A DNA stretch of 63,993 nucleotides, filler included, from Sphacelaria rigidula (lineage: Eukaryota): assembly GCA_964200075.2 (NCBI GenBank). It is 3 parts of 3 records of this genome, joined end to end, with 100 filler letters (N's around TTAATTAATTAA, not from the genome) between each part and the next. Parts side by side here need not be neighbours in the genome. Positions count along the whole stretch, not along the records: positions 1 to 21,504 come from CAXNAA020000411.1; 2 more parts are not named here. One strand, given 5' to 3'. Made by a program: the position numbers and the translations under genes. The notes under the pieces were generated by a model, which saw nothing but the letters and a program-made list of their open reading frames with translations, was not told the DNA's origin and ran no database searches. The first letter of the stretch is position 1. Every line of letters begins with the position of its first letter. Below, piece by piece: positions 1 through 13,714 of the stretch.

Positions 1-115
1 CAAACCTCCTACAATGTCCCCTAGCTCGACTCTGTACACGAGTAACCCTACCCATCCTGTTTCGTTCTCCACAGGGCGTTCGTTCATCACACGAGATACG
101 GTAACAACATTCATC

Positions 116-523
116 AAGGCTATGTTTCTATAGTAGGGTATACAGTACCCGGAAGCGGGGGATTTTCTGGTTCGTATACTGGACCATACCGGAGTGTGTA
201 CTCAACATTCCGGTGTGGTCCGCCAGGATGTCGAGTCTCGTTCCGAACAATCCGCTGCGGTTGGGACGGGTTTTCTCCAATTAAACACCTCATTAACCCT
301 TTTGGGACCGGACTCGCAGAAACATTGCCGATTTGCACGCAGGGGCGTTCCCGTGAATCGGCATCATTTTTACTTGGAAACGATTGAAAATGTTGCCGAT
401 TCAAAAAAAGGTCCGTGCGTGCAAACCACGTGCTTCTGGGAATCCGGTCCCAAACAGTGTTAATATAGCACTTCTGTATAATACCCGAATTACAGCCGGT
501 ATGGTCTACAGAACACAACCTTG
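116..523. mobile_element. MITE-like element of the abundant family ending CAGAACACAACCTTG
   Basis: Imperfect terminal inverted repeats CAAGGCTATGTTTCTATAG / CTACAGAACACAACCTTG. The same terminus recurs near 17440, 18340 and 47755. Confidence 0.45.
297..459. mobile_element. piggyBac-like MITE nested in the previous element
   Basis: TTAA on both sides (293-296, 460-463) and ~25-bp imperfect TIRs CCCTTTTGGGACCGGACTCGCAGAA / TTCTGGGAATCCGGTCCCAAACAGTG. Confidence 0.7.
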
Positions 524-531
524 CAACATAC

Positions 532-595
532 CGGCGCATGAGAAGGCGAGGGCAGATGCTAGAAACACGAGCGGCACAGACGGCCTCCTCATCAT
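532..595 (-). CDS. Putative first exon of a secreted or ER-targeted protein (signal peptide); gene continues leftwards off the window
   Basis: ATG at 595 reads MMRRPSVPLVFLASALAFSCA-G (basic n-region, hydrophobic core, small residues), followed by a phase-1 GTATGT donor at 531. Confidence 0.5.
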
Positions 596-1917
596 GTTCG
601 TCCCACGGACAACGTTTGAATACCGCTTTTCAATGGGCACGAAAAAAAGTACTGATGTGTGAGTACGACTTTTGTGAAGCAGCTTCAACTCGACACTTTT
701 TAAAGCCAGCCCCTCTGCACGACCAACTAGGCCCCCCAACAGGTCGTCATTAATGGATATCGCCGTCAAACGTGCATGTAATTACTTTCCACCCTGAGAC
801 GATGGTCTACGCATGCTAAGCGGCGGCAAATAATATATTACGCACGTCGCGGAGGGTTCCGCCATCGCATCGAATGCTGAGAGCTGCCATCTATTAAAAA
901 TGAGGGTTTACAGTGTGTAGTGGACGGATATATTCCGCCGATTGTAGCATCCCGTTCGTGTGCTCGCCACGTCATCATGTTTGGGCAGCACATGTGTGGG
1001 AACAGCTCGCACGTCATGATGCTCCAGGCCGCCCCTTATGCTACAACAACAGTGCGCCGCACACGTGTGGGAACGGCTTTTTCTGGGTGGGTGGTGGCTG
1101 TCCAAACACAAGTATCATGGGTCCGTTTGGCATCCAAATGCGAGTATTTCAGGTCCGCTTATGGTTGAAGTATGAGTATTATACGTCCGTTTGGCTCCAA
1201 ATACGAGTATTACAGGTCTCTTAGCGTCCTACTACGTGGGAGTCCGGAGCGAAATAATGGCGAACGAACCCTGTGATATCTAGAAAGAATGGTGACGGGA
1301 AGCAAGCTTCGTTGAACGGTAGTCGCTTGTGGCTCATGGACATCATCACGAACGAACAGGTGTTGAGAATCCTGTGTCGCACATGCGTACGCCTAGCCGA
1401 CGACGGTCACACAACTTCGGAACAACAAGGTATGCTGAGGTGATTCACCTCACGACCACTTCAATGACCTTCCCTCTCATTGTGAATGTCTCTTCGGCAT
1501 ATTTACCCGCTGTTTTGGTTGTGCTGTTGCCACTTAGATAACCCGGCTTTCAAGCAGTCTAAAGACAACAGTGCAGTGTGTCGCTAGCGGGTCCACACAT
1601 GCCTCGGGAACCAAACTATCACTCCCAAAACGGAAAACTCACGAGGATATATCGCTCTCAAGAGCGTCAAGGATTCAGCACGGGAGGCATGGTGACACCC
1701 GGGATCCGGGTCGCCTCTCGGAGGAATACACAGCAAGTGCAAGGCATTTTGAAACGCAGGATCTAGGTCGCCTCGTATAGAGTACACACAGTAAACAGCA
1801 AGCGCACCTCAAAACTCAGTTCGACGATGAAGAAATCTCGGGTAGTGCGTGATCAAAGTCTGCTCGGTGTCGTTCCCCCCTACCCTTTCCCCCCGCTTCT
1901 TCACGACACAAACACAC

Positions 1918-4900
1918 CTTTCCCTGGCGATTAATCTTGGTAAGCAGAACGCCACGGTTGAGCTTCGCAACGAACCCGACGAGGTCGAATTTTGACTTCT
2001 GCACCTCGTGATAACTGTCACCGCTGCAGGCGCCGCTATTTCGGTGAGTCTTGGGTGCCCCACTTGCTGTTGGCGGCAACGCCGACAACCTCGCCGGGAT
2101 GTCGCCCGAGCCAGAGACTAGACTTCCGCCCATCGCCTCACTACCTACGCGGGGCAAAACAACCCCCCTGGGCAACCGTGCCCCACCACCTTCCCCCGCC
2201 ACAGGGCGGCTGTTCGAATGAGCTGCCCGTACCCTTGCTGTCGCCGCCCGTGTCTTTCCCGCGTTGGCAACGTTTGCTTCGCTACCGCTGGGCCTGCGTC
2301 GGTGACCAGCTGTGGGGGCAGTTATGCTGCCTTCGCCGGTGTTGGTGCCTGCATCATAGCCGTTGACTTTCCTGTCAAGACGTGGGCAATAGGAACAGGA
2401 CGAATGAGAAAAAATGGGTGCTGGAGGGGACAAGAGGGAGGTGGGGGAGGAGGGGAGGAGGGGAGGGGGGTGGCAAAGTTGTTCCATCCCACGTACTGAG
2501 GTCTCGATTTTTGTCTCATGTAGATATGCGCACTGCAGACGCACTCTTTTTTGTGGCGCTTGGTAGTCATCCTATGCACCAGTGTTCCCCACTGCAGCAG
2601 TAGTCCGAGAAAAAATAGCAGTCGAGGGACGAACAGGTCAAAGTCTCAGTTGTATCGGACCGAAGCCATCCAGCGTCCAACTTTAGTGCGAGGTGCGACT
2701 AGCATCTTTCAAGTCGGACAACGTGGCGACAAGCGGGGAACGCAACGCTCAAAACAGGCCTGACAGTCCAAGGGACGCGGTTGGAATCGGGCTGAGGGTG
2801 AGGGTTATTTCAATAATAACAAATTTCGGTCCCGATCCCTGTCCCCTGTCCACAACTGTCCACACCTGTCCACCCCCGTCAACTTGCGTGTCTTCCTCCA
2901 AATTTTAACTCGAAATCTGCCGCCGACCCACTCGGTGTTGTAAATTAAAATGGCCTGACTGTCACCATGAGGGTGGAGAGAACGTGGGTTCGAAAGTATC
3001 TGGTTCCCACCGTCGAAAGCGAGAGTACGGAAGTCAACAAAAAGTACTTCACTGAGTTCGTTCGGACATGAGTTGACGGCCGTACGAGAGTGCTGATAGT
3101 CATCATCCAATCCGCGAGACCAAAATGCAAGGCGTGTACTGTACCGGGGAGAGGTACGTCGATCCCCTGAGTAGGCGGACTCATCTCGAGGGAAGGGAAG
3201 GATTCAAAGTGTGACGAAAAATAATAATCATCAAAAACTACATGAAGGTTTCAAAGCGCTGTTTTTTTTACAGACAATATACGCCGCCGGCCAGCGGGAC
3301 ACGTCATAGCACCTCAGGTCCCAACCGAAAGCGTCAGTAGGGTCGCCCGCCCGCGCGATAACCACCAGTCATGTGGTGAGCGGGGCAGTCACCGCTGTAC
3401 TGTGCGTTATTTGCAGCTTCGCACTATCTGGATAGCGCATTTCCCTCTCGTACTTGGATGTCCTGTACAGGGTTACCTGAGCGGCTCTAAAAACGTGCGC
3501 TGTATAGTATGCTGCTGCTATTTGTGCATGCATGCCTCCAGCCAACGTAGAGCCACGCGTGCTGCCCGTTCTCTTCCACAACAGTGCTAGCTGCGCCGGA
3601 CTGTTTGCTTCACCGTGCAGTATGTGTGCTGTCTGTACAGCTAGCCGCAGCGTGCTCGGCGAGAGTTCTTTTTGACAACATCCCATTCCGACGAACTTCC
3701 ATCTTTCGGGAAACAGTCTACCTTATCCAAGATGTGGGCGGCCAAAGCACATATCTGGGGGAAAACTCAAGATTTCGAGCAATGTTCACCGCAGAAACGG
3801 GCACAAACGAAACGGTTTCAGAGAACGTATCTGGTATTCTCCTCCTCCCACCCACCCTAACTTCCTGCGATGAACGGTTTGATCGATTAATAAGAAGCCC
3901 AAGTGGGATAGATCAGGAGAGTCACAAAAGGTTCGCTTTTCAACAACATGAAAATAAACTATTATAACACTTAATTCTAGATTTTGCTAAATGCGTACTG
4001 TCTCCACTATTCGTCGACATGTACGCAGAGGAGGGGGTGAGAAAGGAGAAGGAAATGGACGATTGGACGCTCTGAGCTTCCCTTTGGCTAACTAGCAACT
4101 CGACTGAGTGACCCTTGGGCGTGGATTGCGTCGATTATGTGCAAACGGCCGTGCGCAATCGGGATAATCAAGACATAGTTGAAGGTTCGACCGGTAAATT
4201 GTAATTCGTCGGGAGGGGGTTTAAATCGAATGACTGTTTTCATGTTATACACCCTCCGGTCACATGAAAACCCTCGGTACGGAAGCCGAAAAAGACGGGC
4301 ATAGATGAGATTCCGTCATACTTTTGACTCTCGTCACACTTTCAACCCCCCCGCGTTCCTCGAGTCGAGTCTGCAGTTCCAAGGGATCAACCAATCCCTG
4401 CCCCGCTACACGCTCATCATGTTAGTATCGCCAATTGGATCATGACGATCAGCACTCCAGCACTCCAGCACCGCATCGACTCTTCGTCAAAGTAAGTTGC
4501 TTCGCAAGTGGCTGGTCACCACCAAATATCACCGTTTACAGCTCCGCTACATGGTGACCATATTGGCAAAACGCAAAAAATGTGCACCAAGCCCCAGGAC
4601 TGTGCCCTCCAAGTGACTCGTCAGGGATTGGGAGCAGAGGTCGGTCACTACAGCACCCTTCGCACGTGCAACTCAGAAAAGTCGCTATCACTCGCAACGG
4701 CATTCGGATTGATTTGAACTTCCCACATCGCAGTCACCAACGCCAGCGGATGAAAAGGTCGCTATTGATAACAAAGAAATATCTCTCACGGGTACCTGGA
4801 CGGCGGCGCGGCGGAGTATAACGTCGTGTTACGAGCCTTGGCACCCAACATTTCAGTGCTAGCGGTGGTGCTCGAGGCGCCGGGGGCGGCTCCGACGTGC

Positions 4901-5686
4901 GACTCCCGGCCGGCCGGAGTGGAGAATGACTGCTGCTGAGGGCGCGAGGGAGTCGATGAGGCTGACGCACCGCTGATTTCCCACCCCACCTTCTCAACCG
5001 AACGACCAGTGCTTGCGGTGGACACCGTCAAGTCCGAGTTTGACGGGTTATGACGCCCGTGCTGAAGCTGGGGAGGGAAGGGACGGGGGACGGGGGACGG
5101 GGGGGGGGCTAAGTATCGTCGCGGTTTCGGACATTCTTCAAATCCCGGGTGGGCTTGCATGTGCGGCCCTGACTAGCCGCACGTGTTTTTGCCATTATCC
5201 CAGGGTGCAGATGAAGTTTCACTCAATCTATTTTCTGGTGCAGGCACAAACTGTAGTTCGGGTGTCGTGCGCATCAGGTGATGTAATGACGTATCAAGCA
5301 GTTTGAGTCGCCGTAGAGAGCTTTCAACAGGATGCGGCGACCGCCGCCCACCACTTGTGGCTTTGGATGATATTTTTGTCCCCATCACCTTGCCACACAG
5401 TCCTTTGTGATCGGGGTGGGCCACGATTTCCCTCTTTGTCGCAAGCGGCACCTGCGGAGGGCATGGGCGTTGCGGCGCAGGTACAGTACAGTACGCCTCT
5501 CCGGATGCAGAAGTAGCTGCCGCTGCATACTCCCTTACGCGTTCTGGGTAGTTCTCCGCGACGGAGATCAGCTGCCGATACAGAGCTTGTTCGTTCCCGT
5601 CGATTACTTACGACCTCACTGCATGCTGTACCGCCTTAACAAAAGGATACGCAGAACTCCTGCTTTAACTTCGTCTCTCGTTTCAT
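1918..5686 (-). pseudogene. Disrupted multi-exon gene: low-complexity N-terminus leading into the start of a PH-like domain
   Basis: Exons 5686-5389 (ATG MKRETKLKQEF, then a 1-nt frameshift and an in-frame TAA at 5608-5610), 5067-4796 (phase 0 to 2, strong pyrimidine tract) and 2371-1918 (phase 2 to 0). The last ends FDLVGFVAKLNRGVLLTKINRQGK|gtgtgt, resembling the N-terminal strand of PLC-type PH domains. No in-phase next exon found. Confidence 0.55.
2951..3240 (+). mobile_element. tRNA-derived SINE (family 1), 5'-degraded copy
   Basis: Reverse complement of the copies at 15672-15983 and 55222-55552; B-box-like GGTTCGAA and an A-rich tail. A further fragment lies at about 4335-4495. Confidence 0.7.
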
Positions 5687-6227
5687 GGCGTTGCTAGATT
5701 CAGGCGCGTTGTGAAGATGACTACATGTACAGTAGGATACGCTACTCCCGTATTCCGCCCGAGCATCATGTGCTAGTGTAATTACTAGGTTTCACGATAG
5801 GATGGTAACCCAAAATACACAGGGGGAATTGGGGGAGGACCTATGTAAAATGAGAGTAAATGACAGAAAAAGCGGGAAACAGCTCCCCGCCCATGGCGGC
5901 TTTTTTTTGCTTCGAAGGGTTTTTTGTGGGTCAGGGACAGGGTAAACACAACAACTCGGCAGTGACATCACACACGTCAACAGCCCCTCCCCACTGGTCG
6001 TTCGGATGTGGTCGATAAATTTCGTCTCGCCATGATTGGCAGGTCGCTCGCAGACTTTTTTATTAATAGTTCACCAACACATGGTAAACCCCTTGTTACT
6101 GAAAGGGTTAATCGGTAGATACTCTTCGAGACCATACCGGAGTGTTCGGCAGTAGAGCTCGATATCCTTCCGAACCACATACGAGCTGGTTCAGGCACAT
6201 CACCCAAAAAACACTAATCGGCAAAAC

Positions 6228-6900
6228 CTCACGCCGTTTCAAGGAGTTAGACCCTGACGTTTTGCACACATGTTCTATGGGGCATTACACAACTTTCGAA
6301 GGTCGAGGTTTTCGACTTCTTTACATTTTTCACCGTTTTTCAGGCGTCCCAGTTTTGTCCGGGAAACATCGACCCAATCGGATCCCCGTAAAACGGGAAA
6401 GAAGGGAAAACTCGGAAAACCTCGTTCATACAAAGTTGCGCAATGACCCATAGCACAGCTGTGCAAAATTTCAGGGTCTAACTCCTTAAAACGGCGTGAG
6501 ATTCTTCTCTTTTGTGCGTTTAACTTTGACGTGCCACGGTGAAACCGCAAACTACTTGATTTTTGTACCAAATCGCCCTTTTGGGGCCTTCTTTGACGTG
6601 AACATGAAAACTCAAGCATCCGTTGATCGAGTTATACGACAAAACTTTGTGGGACCCTTCCTCGGGTCATGCGGAGACAGCTCGCTCACGAAAATTGAAA
6701 TATATATATCGTCGTGCCGGTTTTCCCGGGTCCCAGAATGGAGACTACTTCGAAAAACAACTTCGATCCCGTCGGACACCCGGAAAACGGTGAAAAACTC
6801 AGGAATTACAAAAAAACATCGTCCGTAGAAAGTTGAGTGATGATACATAGCACATTTATGCAAAGTTTCAGGATCTAACTCCTCATGACAGCGTGAAGGT
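6228..6900. repeat. Fold-back repeat family (~90-bp module in inverted and direct copies)
   Basis: CTCACGCCGTTTCAAGGAGTTAGACCCTGA... at 6228 is inverted at about 6410-6500 and again at about 6810-6897; related copy at 14120-14385. Confidence 0.7.
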
Positions 6901-7871
6901 TTGCGCGTTTGTGGGGGACGTGGGCTTGAAACGTGCAACTCCTAGCTACTTGGTTTTAGTATGGAAACGTCTTTTGGGGTGAATTTGACGTCAAGACAAT
7001 AAACTGTATGAGGTTTTCGGTTTTCTGCACCAAACTTTGTACATGCCTTCCCTGGACAATCCCAGGACGCATCATTCAACTATTTTTCTCTTGGGGCATT
7101 CTGTACCGCCTTCCGGGGGTCTTCATGCTGGGACCCTCGGAAGCCGGTAGAGAACGGAGAAACCATGAAATACTGTCAAGAACACAGTTCTTCCATTCGA
7201 AGCATCAATACCTACGGAACTTCCAAGTTTCAGGGCGATCTGAGCTTTTTCTACAACAGATATAGGGGACACCGTCACGAGGCTCCCTGGGTCTTTCGTG
7301 CGTATCATTAGTGGAAATTAGACGCCAACACCCGACATCACCGAAACATCACGGTTTGGGGTATAATTCGACCCCCGTAGTAACTGTTTTGAACATATGA
7401 TTTTCTCGTTAGATTTCCGTATCGATGACGGTTACTACGATTAAAAGCATGTAGAGATTGGGTGAAAATTGGGCTTAGTATTCGTAATTTCGATCTCGGA
7501 ACAGTTTGAAGAGCGCTGATTGGCTGAGACACATTTTCGTCCAAAGCGCCACCGCTACGGCCGTAAACAAAAATCCGGCTATGTCAGCCTTCTCGTCTCT
7601 CCATTGCGGTCAGTATGATACCATATATGTGACTATTGGGTGCATATTGCGGAAGGCATTTGCTGATGGCACAATTTCGGGTGATCACCGTGAACCAGCC
7701 TGTAACCTCTATGAAAAAAAAAAAATGAAGGCCCGCTTTCTTTCTATTCGGCACACTTTTGTGGTTCTCTATGCCAACTTTCAAATCACAATTTTGAATT
7801 TTGAGCTAAAACATTGAGATGAGGCCTAATAAGCGCAATGTTCATTTCCCCTCAAAACTCCACTAAAAACA

Positions 7872-7950
7872 CGAAAAAAAATGAAAAAAAATGAAAAAAA
7901 ATGAAAAAAAATGGAAAAAAATGATAAAGCGATGCAAAAAATGAAAAAAC
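7872..7950 (+). repeat. 10-bp A-rich tandem repeat (ATGAAAAAAA)n
   Basis: Directly visible tandem copies. Confidence 0.85.
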
Positions 7951-8292
7951 GTAACAAGCTGTTTTTATTTCTTTTATTATGTACTAGCGGTTCACCACAC
8001 GAAATTTTATGGAACAACTCTCAAGAACTGAGACGCGATATCTAGATTTAGGTCACCTAGAGCCTCTGCTCGTAATATATTGATTTTAGTATGGAAAATT
8101 ATGTGCGCCATATCTCGGGATAGATGACGAGTTAGGTCAAGGTGAGGATGTCTATCGTCTCCGCTTGCCCCAGAGAATGTCCACACCAAAATTCATCGTC
8201 ATCCGCTGAATGCATAGATCGGGGGGTTCGTATAGATTTTAGTATGGACGCCATCTCCGCTAGGTATAGGAAATACTAGACATGGGGTTGAA

Positions 8293-9131
8293 CCCTTAGA
8301 CAGCGACCGCCACGCTGGTAGACTGAGGTAGACACTACACTTTTTGGGTTCAGAATTCTTCCTTTGTCACAACTCAAAACGCCTACTCTACGGAGGAAGG
8401 GACCGGGAGTGCGTCAGAGGCACATAGGTGCGTCAAAACACAGACGGCGGTGTGGCTGTCGACCACCTGATTATTACGCCTCATACTCTTGTTGTGCAGT
8501 CTATCGTGTATCGTGCCGCGGCTGCACGTGCGGTCTGCAGCGTACAGGATCTTACAGTGTTGAAGGTGCCGAGTGTACGCAGCATGCGTGTGGATATCGC
8601 ACCATGACTACCGCTGCGAACGCCCCTGACTACCGTAGCTAAAATGTACGTGCGCCGGGTACTCGTGACCGCCGCTCGCGTGTTGCGCCGTGACGTTTAA
8701 TACCAGACGGAGATGTGGAGCTAGTGCGAAGCTCAGGCAGTACTGAACAGACAGACACAGTGTACCGAAGATGTTCGGACACCTACTTTTCGGTGATATA
8801 AAATATGGTTGATTTGGCATTCTCAAAATGAGTCATGAGGGTAGACAGCGAATATGTCTACCAGGTGTCTACCTCTAACCGTAACAAAAGCGCTCATTTT
8901 GACGACCGTGATTGGTCAGAATGGTCATACCGCGTCTCTCGGGCCTCGTGCACGGCTCATTTCTCCGCGGGGAACTTCCAAACACACATGGTTGACTTCG
9001 TGAGCTTGTCCCACGCTCCGCGAAGAGACACCCTCCCCTCACAAACCACCCCCCCCGGGCTTTGGAAACCCCCGGATGTCTCGGAACTCAGCCTGTACAA
9101 CTGTTCCGAGGCGACGCTCGTCGTCTAAGGG
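8293..9131. mobile_element. Non-autonomous piggyBac-like DNA transposon
   Basis: TIRs CCCTTAGAC / GTCTAAGGG flanked by TGAA and TTAA; an inverted homologous copy lies at about 12645-13710. Confidence 0.7.
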
Positions 9132-11619
9132 TTAATCAACGAGAAAATATGGGCCCAAATTTTAGGGCAGATGGGCACCTTCCCCTTGGTTAGACTATTA
9201 ATACGATATGCGGATCACGGCCCAACTCGTCTACGTCGATGAGATATTGCTTCTAGAACATAAATCCGTCTTTAGGCTGGCCCAGCTTGTATCGACATCG
9301 TTAGTGAAAGCTGCCACGGGATTTACAACAGTGACGGTGCAGTATTGACGTCAATCCTCACACATCTCACCAGTCACTGTTTCACTGTTCCGGGGGGTTT
9401 GTCCGCGGAAACGCTACGAGCACTTCAGCCTAGATATACGTACCTTTGACATGGAACCCAAAGACACCGGCTCCGGCGCTTGGACGGACAGAGACGAATG
9501 GTCCAACGCAGGAATACTCACCATTCCCTCCGACTGACTCTGCGTGCACACCGAAAACGAGGAGGGGGGGGAGTCCGTGGTCAACATATAATCTTCACAT
9601 TTTTTCGCGGCCAGCTGCTGTTTTTGTTCGTGTCATTTCGCAAGACTAGATTGTGAATATTTCAGTAGGTACCTTCCGGCCCCTAGCGCCACCGTTATAG
9701 CCTTGAACAAAAAATATGACAGTGTCACCCTCTTCAGGTGTCCATGGCGGTCAGCATGGTAACATGTACGCGACTAGTGGGTAGGTATTGCGGAAGGCAT
9801 TTGAGCGTGCTAATGACACGATTTGGGGTGATCAGCGCCAACCAGCTCACGGATAGCTCGAGCTGTAGCTTTCCATACCTCTCGCAGCTCACGTCTGTTC
9901 AGTCGTCGGTGGCCTAGTTGAGAAGTCAACTGGTCGAGATATTTTTCGACCGAGAGTTATTCCAAGGCACCGAGGGCGTGTTGGGTGAGGTGTTTCCTAC
10001 ATTTTGTTTTGTTTCTTTAAATCATACTCCGAGCACACAAAACTCGAGTGGAGTATTGAGATCGTACTAAACGATACCCTGATATTGCGTAGAGTATTGC
10101 GATCGCACCTACAGCATCTCTACCCAATATTCGGGAAGAGTTCGGAGATCGGACCATCGCAACGCAGAATTCGGGAGAGTAAATATCCGGGTATTTCCCC
10201 TACCCGAGTGATGCTACGATAGGGGTTGCACTTTTTCTAGAGGAAGTATTTCTCGGGGGTGTTGGACGGATCATTTTGAGAATCGGCATCATTTTTACTT
10301 GAAAAAGACTGAACAAGACTGAAAATGATGCCAATTCACGAAACGACCGCAGCGTGCATCTCCATGCCCGGTCCCCGAACATTTGGGTTGCACAGTACAG
10401 TGTTGCGTCAAAAAAAAAACGCTTTTTTCGGGGAAGAATCTGACCGCGTTTCCCCTTAGTGCGCACTACTGCAGCGCACAGCACCAGATATAGCGACATG
10501 GAACTGTTGACTGTGATTCGCACAACATATGAGCGAAGTTTCAGCGCCCATCACCGGCTACAGCGCGCGCAGGGTCGTGCGTCATGAACCACGCAGCTCT
10601 ACAGACTGTATGTCGATCGGTACACTACATATTGTCATGATCTAGAAAGGGTCGCAGTACAGACCGGTGTCAGTTTGCCCCCACAGCGACCGCCCAGCCG
10701 CTCAACATATCGAAGTTTGTGCATCCGCGCGTGCATATATGCCTTCACCTGTCGTGCACAAAGTCTGAGCTGCGGGATAGCCGATTTTGAGAGCGCAATC
10801 GAAGACATTCCCCGAAATCGCTTGTGGCCATGTTGTAGTAAAGTCTGGGGCCCAATCGTGCGGGCGCTTTGCGCATATGCTGTGTCCAACTAGTGTGCAA
10901 CGTTTCATGATGGAACGCGCAGTCACAGGCGAGATACCCACAAGCAAAGCTGCGCTGGAAATTGGAAGTTTACAGTAGAAAAGTATCTAGATAAACATGA
11001 GATGCGGTTACGCGCTGGTTACACCGCATGTCAGATGCGGTTACACAGTTATGGGTAGGAGTGGGGACCCTAACGACAAAAAATCGGCACAAGATTTAAA
11101 ACAAGAAATAACGCGGGGGAATAATGAAAACGTCAGTAGGTGGTCGGACCTGTGCCGAGGCCCTCACGAACAGAAGACACGCTTCATCACTTATTAAGTT
11201 GGTGTAGTATGGGAAAGTTGTAGCACTGGAGATCGCGCGGTTCTCGACACGGGAATCAAGTCGATCCACGGCACTTGACAGCCCCCCGCATACACACAAG
11301 ATCTAGGGGACGTAGTTTGATATTTTGCTGGGGTCGCGTCAGCGGCAAGAAAATCCCCTCTCAGAGCGAAAAACACCTCATTTTAGTATATTTAGGTCAT
11401 TTGCGAGTCAGCATCACGCGCAAACGCAAAAACCAAACCAGGCGACATAGCTCGGGTGTGTGGGAAGCGCACGCAAGAAACCGCAGTCCAATCGATCGCT
11501 TCGTTGCCGAGTTGCAAGCGTTGCGCGATCGGCACTTTTGGGTTGAGGATCAGCAGCGTCTTTCGAGGCCGAAGATGGTAAATTCAAAACAATCGATGCG
11601 CATACTACTTTCCCTGCCG

Positions 11620-12160
11620 CAAGCAAGTTGTGACAACATGCACTTGGGTTGCGTGCCTCCAGGCGCTGCTTTGTTTTGGGCGGCTGTGCACAAAGGGCAA
11701 CTTCGCCTTTCAATGGCGAGTGTCCTTTGAAGTGTCGAATTACAGAGGGAGAGTGAACAGAAGAAAGACAAAGCTGGCGGCTGCTTCATGTCAGGGCTCC
11801 AGTGCAGAAGCCAAGGCGTCGAGAGCGATTTTAGTACGAGTATGTGCGTTACATCTCATGTATTTAGTAACCGTCTGTGTATACTATTAATAGTATGAGA
11901 ATGAGATGTAAACTACAGGTATGCATGCTTTTTAGTTGCGGCGAGCAGTGTGTGATGGATGACATTCGACTTTGTGGCGTGCCACCAGGTGCTGCTTTGT
12001 TCTGTACGGCTGTGCACGAAGGGCAACTTCGCCTTTCAACAGCGAGTACCCTTCATGTGTTGAGTTGCAGAAAGCGAGGTCGCACATGAATTTCGGCTGT
12101 TGTGTCTGAGGGTTCCAGAGGAGAAGCCAAGGGGGCGAAGAGTGATCTTGATTTCAGACT
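11620..12160 (+). repeat. Diverged direct duplication (~200-bp unit, ~330-bp period)
   Basis: GCTGCTTTGTT...GGCTGTGCAC..AGGGCAACTTCGCCTTTCAA occurs at about 11666 and about 11991. Confidence 0.75.
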
Positions 12161-12644
12161 GCACACCATGTATGCCTAGGTCGGCAGAGCCACGATGTTT
12201 CAACTGACTACCTGTACATACTGAAAATAGGGGAAAATTGAAAAATTGACGTTGAAGATATTGATCTGGACAGAGAACCAGACCGTGCCCAAGCGACCGA
12301 TCAGATGGGATTCCTTCCACTCATGCCATGACCCCGACCACATGGGGCCCATGACAAATTCACTCTTCAATCCCGCAGCCATAGCCGTGTGTAGGACATG
12401 CAGCGCTTAGCCAATCCGTATGGCATGAACCTCTTGATCGTCATAATCATCAACATCGTTCTCAGTAGTTTTCGGATACGCGACGCTGCTGCTCATTATC
12501 TCCAAATTTCTGTACTTTCTCGTTCTAGCACCATGTCAGGCACGCCTGTCACTGCAGTTACGTTGGTGTGTAGCGACCACAACAGCTGCTGTTCGTGCTC
12601 TTGTTTTGTCATCTTCGCAATGACGGTAAACGTGGGGTGGTCTC

Positions 12645-13710
12645 CGCGGAGCATCGGAGAAGCTCACGAAGTCAACCATGTGTGTTTGGAAGTTTCCCGC
12701 GGAAAATTATGAGCCGTGCAGGAGGCTCGAGAGGCGCGGGATGACCCTTCTGACCAATCACGGTCGTCAAAATGAGCACTTTTGTTCCGCTAGAGGTGGA
12801 CACCGGGTAGACACATTCGCCGTCTACCCTCAAATCTCATTTGATCATGCCAAATCAACCACAGATTATATAACCAAGAAGCAGGTGTTCGAGCATCTTT
12901 GTTACACTGTTTCTGTCCAGTACTGCCTGAGCGTCCTAATAGCTCCGAACATTTTCCTGGTATAAAACGTAGTGGCGCAACACGCGAGCGGCGGCCACGA
13001 GTATCCCACGCACGTAGATGTAGACAAGTACTTCGACCGTGAGGCGACCGCCATCGCCGAGCAATTGCTCCACGGTAGTCAGGGGCGTTCGCGGCGGTAA
13101 TCATGGCGCGATATCGAAACGCACGCTGCGTACACTCGGCACGTTCAACGCTGTAAAATCCAGTACGCTGCAGACCGCGCATAACAATGGTTTCGTGAGA
13201 TTGAGAGGAGAGGATACGATTGAGAGTGAAAAGCGGTGAATGAGTGAATAAATCGTTTTGGTTCCGAAATGCCCCTCCGCGAGGCCCGATATGCTTTCCG
13301 CAGTACCTCACCACTGAGGCCCTTGATATCCCTAGTAGGATATCGACGTCTACAGCTGTAAGCACCCGCCAGTGATGGAGGCAAAGAAAAGCACACACGG
13401 AATGAAAAATCGGCCAAGTTGAAGGGAGTGATCAAAGCCACTCTCACTCAGCGTTCTACTCTTGATGTCACGAAATCGTTGTTACGTGTAGCCGCGGCAC
13501 GATACACTACAGACTGCACAGCAAAAATATGAGGCGAAATAATGAGGTGGTCGACAACCACACCACCGTCTGTGTATGACACATATATGTGCCCCTTAGG
13601 CACTCCTTCCGCCGTAGAGTAGGCGTTTTACGTTGTGACAAAGGAATGATTCTGAACCCAAGAAGTGTAGTGTCTACCTCTTCACCAGCGGGGGGGTTGC
13701 TGCCCAAGGG
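12645..13710. mobile_element. Inverted copy of the 8293-9131 element, with an internal ~300-bp insertion
   Basis: 12645-13180 and 13500-13710 are reverse complements of 8520-9020 and 8293-8505; ends CCCAAGGG-TTGA. Confidence 0.7.
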
Positions 13711-13714
13711 TTGA

